Source of the DNA: the human T2T-CHM13v2.0 reference genome, Homo sapiens
Strand: one strand, 5' to 3'
NCBI RefSeq assembly: GCF_009914755.1
Contig: NC_060925.1
Length of the DNA: 64,000 nt
The stretch's first letter is position 1; every line of letters starts with the position of its first letter. Below, one piece after another: positions 55,599 to 64,000 of this stretch. A program made the position numbers and the translations under genes. The notes under the pieces were generated by a model. It was not told the origin of the DNA, ran no database searches, and saw only the letters and a list, made by a program, of their open reading frames with translations.

Positions 55599-56543
55599 TT
55601 AGCTCATCTTGGTTGCCACAGGCATTCCAAGAACTCTTTTCAATGCAGTTTTTACCTCTTTGTTCCTCAGACTGTAGACAAGAGGATTAAGTAAGGGAGT
55701 AACCACTGTGTAGGTCACTGCCACCAACTGATCCTTGTCTGAGGCAGACTTGGACTTGGGCCGCAGATAGATGATAGAGGCACAGCCATAGTGGACAAAG
55801 ACCACAGTGAGATGTGAGGCACAGGTGACAAAGGCCTTCTTGCCCTCAGCTGAGGGGATCTTCAGGATGGTGTTAACTATGAAGCCATAGGATATGAGAA
55901 TTAACAGAAAAGGCACCATAATTACCAGGATGCTGAGGCTAAATAAAGCCAGCTCTTTCACATGGGTGTCAGTGCAGGCTAACTTGATAACAGGTGCCAT
56001 GTCACAGAAATAGTGGTTAACCCTGTTGGGGCCACAAAAACGCATGTCACAAATGAGGTTGGTGGCCACCAAAGCAATAAAGAAACCTGTGGCTCCTGAG
56101 AGAGAAATCAACTCCAACCCCAGCCTTTTGTTTATGATGAGTGTGTACCTCAGAGGGTGACAAATTGCTACATAGCGATCATATCCCATCACAGCAATGA
56201 GGAGGCAGTTGGTGCAAGCAAAGCCAAGGAAAAAGAACAGCTGGGTGGCACAGGCCATGAAGGAGATGGTCTTGGTGTCTGAGAGCAGGTGGACCAGCAG
56301 CTGAGGGATGATGACAAAAGTGTAGCAGGACTCAGAAAATGAAAGGATGAATAGAAAGCCATACATGGGAGTGTGGAGAGTCCAGCTGAAGCGAATAACG
56401 GCCATGATGGTCACATTGGCCACCAGGATTGTCAAGTATAGGAGAAGAAAGATGACAAAAAGCAGCAGCTGGAGCTCCCCCAGGCTGGAGAAACCCACCA
56501 GGATGAACTGTGTAACCACAGTGGTTTTGTTGAAACCTCGCAT
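55599..56543 (-). CDS. OR10T2: Olfactory receptor family 10 subfamily T member 2, 314 aa
   Basis: Intact single-exon ORF with OR motifs N-glycosylation NKT, LHTPMY, MGYDRYVAICHPLRY, KAFVTCASHL and PLLNPLVYSLRN; position distal to CD1E fits OR10T2. Confidence 0.93.
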   Translation of the reverse strand: MRGFNKTTVVTQFILVGFSSLGELQLLLFVIFLLLYLTILVANVTIMAVIRFSWTLHTPMYGFLFILSFSESCYTFVIIPQLLVHLLSDTKTISFMACATQLFFFLGFACTNCLLIAVMGYDRYVAICHPLRYTLIINKRLGLELISLSGATGFFIALVATNLICDMRFCGPNRVNHYFCDMAPVIKLACTDTHVKELALFSLSILVIMVPFLLILISYGFIVNTILKIPSAEGKKAFVTCASHLTVVFVHYGCASIIYLRPKSKSASDKDQLVAVTYTVVTPLLNPLVYSLRNKEVKTALKRVLGMPVATKMS

Positions 56544-57019
56544 CTGAAGAACTTCTTTCTGTGAATGTGTTTGAAAGAGACAAAATGATAACTATCTTTG
56601 TAATACGAACATTTTCCCAACGCCTTCACTTTAAGTATATTGTCAGATTCATAATGTTAACATCTCTTTCTCTTAGTCTATCTAGATATAGATGCCTCTT
56701 TAATGATTTTTCCAAAAAATTATTAATCTGAAGTAACAGAGAAATGATTATCTACAGTATATAAATACCCCAAAGTTAAAAGGATCCAACTATTTGACAA
56801 AGTGAAAAAATTCTCTCAGTTTAAGAAGAACATTACCTTTAATATGGAATAGAAAATTTAAATTATTTTTCTTGTACTGTATGTATTTGGTCCTTGGATG
56901 TATATTCTATCCTAGTAATTTGGTTTCTTTTCCTAATATCACAATCCATTTAATTAGCATTATTGTAAAGGCATTAAAACACTGTGCCTCAGAGCATGAA
57001 CTCAGGAACAAGAATGCTA

Positions 57020-57190
57020 GAGTTTGAAACTTGCCTTTGCCACTTAGAGCTATGAACTTCAGTGTGACAATTTTTGTCATTTGTAAGACATAAATAATAA
57101 TAGAACATATTATATAGGATTGTTGTAAGAACTTAGATGGTATCAGTAAAGTACTTGAAACAGCACTTAACACATAGTAACTCCAATCTA
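57020..57190 (+). mobile_element. MIR
   Basis: gtcatttgtaagacataaataataatag...ggattgttgtaaga...acacatagtaa. Confidence 0.6.
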
Positions 57191-60100
57191 TGTGTCAGCT
57201 GCTTATGCAGTTAAGGAGTTGAGAGGCAAATATCCTGGTTTGATATTTGAACACTAGAAGAGCCTGGATCCTTAAATCAGGACAGAGTTTCCCTGCATTT
57301 GACTCAAGTGTTCTTATCCTTGAGATTCTTTTTTTAAAATTGAGCAAAAATTTAAATATGCACAGTTAAAGAAAGAACTGTTACTTTTACATTAAAAATT
57401 ATTTTCTTTTTAATTTATTTTTTATTAGCAACTAATAATTATACCTATTTATGGGGTATTATGTGATGTTTGGATACATGTATACATTGTGGGATGATTA
57501 AATCAGGGTTCTTTAATAAATCTGCCCTTTTTTATCTAAGGAGTCTATAGCCTTTGAATTCTCTTTCATGATTCTATGACATTTGTTCTGTATGTTTCTG
57601 GAACTGTGAAGGGACCCAAGTGTAAAACCTGGGTCACAAGGTTATGATGTATCTGTCTATGAAACAAAATAGATTGATGATCACTAGGGATAGGGGTGGA
57701 GCAGGAAGACTTAGGTTAAGTCTTCTCTCTATTGAAGAAAGGAGAGGAAATAACGTGAACACACCTTGAATCTCTTGCAAATAAAATAGCCAGAAAGTGC
57801 TAAATGGAAAGAGAAGAGCCTATCTCAGGAACTTCCCATTATTTTATAGTCTAGGTTATTCCTCCTCCCAGAGCCCTAATCATTTTTACTTTCAGAATCA
57901 GCTTCAGAGATTCAGGAGAAACCAGATGTAATATTTGCACAACTCAACATCTCCCAACTTGTTGGCTACTTTAATGGCTATAAGATGTTAGGAGTTGTTT
58001 GACATGACACACTTGAGTTTGTTCATTGTTCATCATCTCTGTTGTGGTTTATTTGCTTAGGTAGTTCCACACACCTGCTACAACAGCTTTTTCCTTTGTT
58101 TCAGACCTTGCGGAAAATAAGATGCTTTCATGTAAGCTACTTCATTTTGACTCTAACATCCTGGTAGATAGCAAAAGTGTCTGTCGCTATCTCACGGGTA
58201 AGGCAAGTGTACTAAGTGCCCTCTCCTGGGCAGAGTAACCCATGAACATCCTCATCCTTGCATTTAACATGTTGCATTGAACATACCTCTTTATATATTT
58301 GGCACTCTTTATAGATTATAAGCTTCTCACATGCAGGAATAACTTTTTTTAATTAAAAAATGAGTCCCTAGAATATAGCATAGTTTGTGATTTATCATGT
58401 GCTCAAATATTTTGACTTGATTAGAATGTCAAAAATTAAATAATATGCTCAAGTGGTAGATCCAGTATCAGAATTCAAGTCTTCTAACTTCAAATCCACT
58501 TTCTACTTACCAAATTTTATGGCACCCATTCTTTACCTTGTGAGAAGATGATCTGCTCATATACTTTTTCCAAGGGATGAAAGCATAGTTCCACACTGCT
58601 TGTTCAAGTAAAACTTATTTGAACATTTCTGACTTTTCTGGAATAATCCAATTTTAATTATCCAAGTTTTTGAATTATCAAATTTTACAATATGAGCTTT
58701 ATTCTCTTTAATCTTAATATTAGGGAGATAAGAAAAAAAGGAAAAAGGGGTAGGAAAGTAGGCAAATCAACGATATGATTGATGAAAACACTCAAAGGCA
58801 AGGAAGGTCAAGAGGATGTTGCTTAATTTCAATCACAGTTTTATGAACCAAACAAATTGCAATGTCTCCCTAAATCATTAGCTTCTTTTTCTGTGACTTT
58901 CATGAGAATTTTGTTAAATAAAAAATATCCTCTAATCTTGTCCTCAACACTAGTACTGCTTCTATATCTTTTTTCAGGTTGCTTCATATACTTGTTTTGC
59001 CCATTGTTTTTCATATTCAAATCCCTGTCATGTCCCATGTTCTCCAATAAACCTTCCCTGCCTACTAGAGTCCATACAGATGCTCATTCTCTTCATAGCC
59101 CTTAGGGACTTTAAAATCATGCATGTATGGGAACAGGTTAGGTAATATCTTGTATTACTTTATAACCAATTTGCCTATGTGGATGCCTCATAACCTTACT
59201 TACATTCTTTCTTTGAGGCAGGGGGCATAGCAACGTATTCTAAACAATCCGCAGCAGCTGCAAACAATACTGGGCACACAACAGACACTAATTAAATACT
59301 TAATAAATTATGGCATGGTTTATTTCATTCTTCTTTTGTTTATGAGTTTTCTCATCTGCTATTTTTTTCTGGAATATATTCTTTGTTCTACTATAATCCG
59401 TATTATTTTTAAATTTTTATTTTTTTTCAAAATCATCTTTTACTTTAAAAGGAGAAATCTACACTGCTGAGTTTTCCTGCCTTTCTAGTTACTTCTGTTG
59501 CTTGACATCTCAGCATTTAAATTTGATATATTAAGATGGGGTGGGTGTATATGTGTGTGTGTGTATATGTGTCTGTATCTGTGTGTGTGCACTCTAGCAG
59601 AGTGGAAGCTTTTTCATTTCAAGAAAAGAGCAAATAAAGTTTTACTTTGGCTCAGAATCCTTTTTATAACAATAAAAACTGCTAATGAATTCACACCTGA
59701 ATTTTTGGTAGAAAATATTTCTTTCTTTAGATAGTAACTGACAAAGAAAATAGACTTACCTACTTATGTTCAAAAGATCAAGGAAGCTGCCATATGACTT
59801 TGTTGACTTATACTCTGGTAGGTCTTTTAAATATTGAAAGAGGCAGCAGAAAGTCAGTTGTAAAATCAATGACATCTGTCCCAGAAGATTAAATAATTGG
59901 AAGAAAATGCACTGAAGCATTTCATAAAGGGCTTATATGGAGACTTAGTTGTCCAAACCTTTTTAAGTCTTAAATAAGAGCTGAAAATAGTCTGGTTTAT
60001 ATTAATATGTCAATTCAGATTCTATATAATTGTATTTGAGAGTATTTATAGCCTTCTGGGATTCTAAGGAGTAAGGCCTTCTGAGACTTAGTAAGAGCTA

Positions 60101-61159
60101 AAACAAGAGAGGAAATAAATGACTAACCTTGAACAAGGACATATTATTTAATACCAGAAGAAAAAAATTCAAATGGCAATAAAACATTCCATCTCTGCAA
60201 AGAACTACAAGTGTAGATAAGTATTCTAGTGATTTTCTGACATCAAGACTACAAAATGTTGAAATGCCAGGAGAAGCCAAATTCTCCAACCAGGAGATAT
60301 ACAATAAAACTGCCTTGATAAGGCCTAAGAGATGAAGGCAGGGGTTGGTGAGTGCTGGTTGCTTGGCACTTTTGGGAATTACCTAAGTAGTCTCTGTTCT
60401 CCTAAATCAAAACCTGGAAAAAATTCAAATAACTGGATTTCTTAATTCTGTCCTAGGAATTATTGTAAGGAAATGACTTTCATCGAGGAACCATTCATTG
60501 AGTACCATGATTTAGAGAGCAGGATATGAGACATTATAGTGATACAAAGATAAAATGTATGAATTGATCTGCTCTAGTAGAGAAGACAGATGTAAGCAGA
60601 GCTATGTGTAATAAGAGGTAAAATGATGTTCAGTGTTATTGTGACATTAACAACAGGGCAGCTACAAGGATGAGCACCCCCAGCAGGGATTGCCTTGACC
60701 ACAGCCAGGGCCGAGATTCAGCAAATGACTTCATGAATAAAAACATTCTGGAATAATAAGCCAAGTAGAAATATAAGAATTAGGAATAAAAAGTCAATAC
60801 TGAATGTTTTGTGCCTAGGACACTCAAAGGAAAAAGGAGTGAGGAGGAAGACTGAGAACTATTTCTTGTAGTGGCTTGGCTGGTCACATGAGAAAACTTT
60901 CTGAAAACAAAATTGCTGGGAAAAATTTTAAAAAATTTTAGAAACCTATTGACAAGTTGAAGGTATAGTAGGAATTTTTAGGCCAAAATCTGAAGAAAAT
61001 AAAATCCACAGAGGAACACTGGAAATTGCTTCTATTCTGAGGACATTTATTTACCTGTATGAAATTACAAACTCAAGCTGTTGATTTGAGAGAATCACAG
61101 GATGAGGCTGACAGAAATTAAAGACCAGAATCTAACAAATGGGGGAGTCAAAAATTAGA

Positions 61160-61700
61160 TATTAAAGAGATTTTCTAGTTCCCATATTTGATGCTTTGAC
61201 ATCTGGACCTTCCTGACCAGGAAAAAAGCAGCCCTCCTAGGGTTAGCAGATTCATAGAGATAGAAAATGAATTTAATTTCATGTGCAGTCAAACACATCC
61301 AGAAGTCATACCCACAATTGCCTATTTTTGCATGCTCTTGGACTGAGGGACACTACTTCCTTTTCCTAATCCCCCTGGGGCCAGGTGTCAGACAACTAAG
61401 GATAGTCCTGGAACCCAGTGAAACTGTTTAAACTATCCAATTCTAAACCTGCTCAAAACCACTTACCCTGCTTTGCCTCAAAACCACTCTGAAGACTCTC
61501 CAAAACTTCCCTTTGCTTTCTGCCTACAACTGAACTTTGTGCTCTGGTGTTCTCCCCATGGCACTTCATGTGTGGCGTGATATGCCACCTTCCCACTCAG
61601 GCACTCAGGAACTCTAAGTAATCAACTATCTTTCAATGGCAGTCATCTCTCTATCTGCTGGTCTTACCCTATCTGAATAAAAATAAAGTCAACATTTTAA
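61160..61700. mobile_element. MER21-like LTR
   Basis: tttgatgctttgacatctgg...ggggccaggtgtcagacaacta...ccaattctaaacctgctc. Confidence 0.55.
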
Positions 61701-61704
61701 AACA

Positions 61705-62320
61705 TATTGAAGGAGAGGAACAAAGTTGAAGAACTGACACTATCTGACCTCAAGACTTACTGCAAAGCTACAGTAATCAAGACAGTGTGGTATTGGTGAA
61801 AGAACAGATAAATAGAAAAATAAATGGGCTATCAAGCCATGAAAAGTCATTGAGGAACCTTAAATGTGTATTGCTAAGTGGAAAAGAGCTGTCTGAAAAG
61901 CCTATATACTATGTGGTCCCAACTACATGACATTCTGGAAAAAGCAACACTATTGAAATAATAAAATGACCACTGGTGTTTTCCAAGGATTCAGAGAAGG
62001 AGGGGAGGGAAAAATAAATGGGGCCCAAGGCATTTTTAGGACAGTGAAACTATTCTGTATAATACTCTAATTGTGACTATGACATTTTGCAGTTCTGAAA
62101 ATATGTAGCATGAACCCAAATGTAAAATATATGGACTTAGGTTAATAATAATGTGTCAACATTGGTTTAATAAATAAAAAATGTACAGCAATAATTCAGA
62201 ATGTTAATAATAAGAAAAACTGTGCAGGAGAGGGAGGCCACAACGGAATTTGATATTTTCTGTGTATTTTTTCTGTGAACCTAAATATGCTCTAAAAATA
62301 AAGTCTACTGAAGAAAAACA
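61705..62320 (+). mobile_element. L1MC/MB 3' fragment
   Basis: gacctcaagacttactgcaaagctacagtaatcaagacagtgtggtattgg...cctaaatatgctctaaaaataaag. Confidence 0.7.
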
Positions 62321-64000
62321 AAAAGAAAATAAGATTCTCATAGACATGATATGTAGAGATACAGGCCAAGCACAGTATGATTCAATTTATATAATGATCA
62401 AGGAAAGGTCACAATGATGGTGGTGGAAGTCAGGATAGAAGTTATATTTATAAATGCAATACCTGAGAGGCAGTACAATGGAACCCTACAGTGTTCTCAT
62501 AATATTTAATTTATTTATTAGATATGTTCAATTTGTAACACTTTCATCAAGCTAAACCCTTATGATTTACGTCCCATTTAGTGTATATATTATGTTTTAA
62601 GATATTTACTTTAGTTAAAGTATACTAATTAGAGTTTCTCTTTGGGGAATAGTGAGCTAGAAATTTTTAGTCAGCCCACAGACTAGTAATCACTAGAAAA
62701 ACTACAAAAATATTGGAAAAAAATCAGATCGAAGGCATCAGACTTTAACAAAGAATTAGTATTCAGGAAAAGCAACTAACCTGTGATGTTGTCCTGGTAT
62801 TTGGGAGTAATTACCTCCCAAGGAGAATCTGACAATTCCGGAAGATATTACCAAAAAGTCAAGAAGTTGAGACACACCGAGGTAAAGAGCAAATATATAG
62901 ATCATGAACCACTGAGGAGTGATGGGGCTGGTGAACTTCCTGAACTTTGAATTGACATTTAAAAGGGAATATAATAGGAACAAGATTAAACAAGAAAAAA
63001 ATCAACTTTCACAGGAGCCAAATTCAGTTTCAAACAGCCTTAAACCCTGGTAAACTTGAGCCAAGACTCCATTTAATACTCTAGCTCCATAAGTCCCTAC
63101 TCTGAAAAGTAGATCATAGCAGCATTTTGGGTCTCTTGGGATCTGAACAGGTTAATAGACAGTATATCTTATGATCCCTAGAAGGCCTGGGTATTTTTCT
63201 TTATCCAGTACACAGATACCTTAGTAGATGGCAAAGTTCTCTAGGGAAATATTGGAACAAGATTCTCAGGATATAATTGTGGCCATGCTGTTGTGTCTTT
63301 CCTCAAAATTCCCCATCTACCCTCACAATCAAGGGGTTTTGGGTTTGGGAATTGGTGTTGAATTGGCAATTGGGTGCAAAGACATGAATTAAAACACTAT
63401 AACTTACTTTTATCTGTTTGTCAGACATGAAATAAATGTCAAACATCACTTTAGTTGTCTGCTCATCTGCTTCATTGCTAGAAATCCCTTATCCATTAGC
63501 CATTTCTACAGATCTCTGCAGGACAAAACTCCTCTCATTACTCTGAACTTCAGGTTTATATTGGTTATTTTCCATATCTTCTCCCTGACAGTTTCATGTA
63601 ACTTCCTGCCTTCCATCCTCTGGAATACTATTATTCTTATTGATAGCAGTGAGCTCAATTTCTCTGTAGCATCATCACCGTCATCTCTAGTTTACTAATG
63701 ACAATTTCTTTAGAACACTTCAAAGATGTTTATATTCTCATCACCAATGCATTTATTGATGCATTTATTAATGCATTGGTAGGTGGTTATTTTCCAGGTC
63801 CTCTGTGTAACAGTGGTTAGGGATTAGCCAAGGAGGCTGTCCAAATAATTCATTCCAACACATCTATTTCTCTGAATCTTTGAATTAATTCCTTTACAAT
63901 GAGTTAAAAGATGTGACATTTCCAACTTATTAACCATAGATCAATGTTTAGTTTAGGTTTTGTTTAGTCTATTAGCTAGCAAAATATTAATGCCACTTTT

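Noticed and set aside
56332-56629. Short ORFs overlapping the OR10T2 5' end
   Set aside because: Alternative-frame and antisense shadows of the real coding exon.

Overview
Primate (almost certainly human, 1q23.1) genomic DNA at the junction of the CD1 cluster and the OR10 olfactory-receptor cluster. It holds two intact genes. CD1E is on + with six coding exons (11082-13989, all GT-AG introns, 1167 nt = 388 aa + stop). The single-coding-exon OR10T2 is on - (55599-56543, 314 aa). Most of the rest is interspersed repeats: L1 of many ages, Alu, two solo LTR12 elements flanking CD1E, a fossil class III (ERVL-like) provirus carrying a gamma-type env, THE1/MLT/LTR40/MER31 LTRs, MIR/L2 and DNA-transposon relics. 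Nearly all other ORFs in the track are repeat artefacts. I found no new protein-coding system. The unusual signals are structural: (1) a two-tailed, head-to-head L1PA whose 3' 1 kb is duplicated in inverted orientation with shared private variants; (2) a ~120-bp target-site duplication around an L1 just upstream of CD1E; (3) a two-segment, locally templated insertion in an old L1 3' UTR; (4) an L1 3' transduction; (5) same-orientation LTR12 copies bracketing CD1E. Repeat subfamily names come from recalled consensus motifs, not from alignment.
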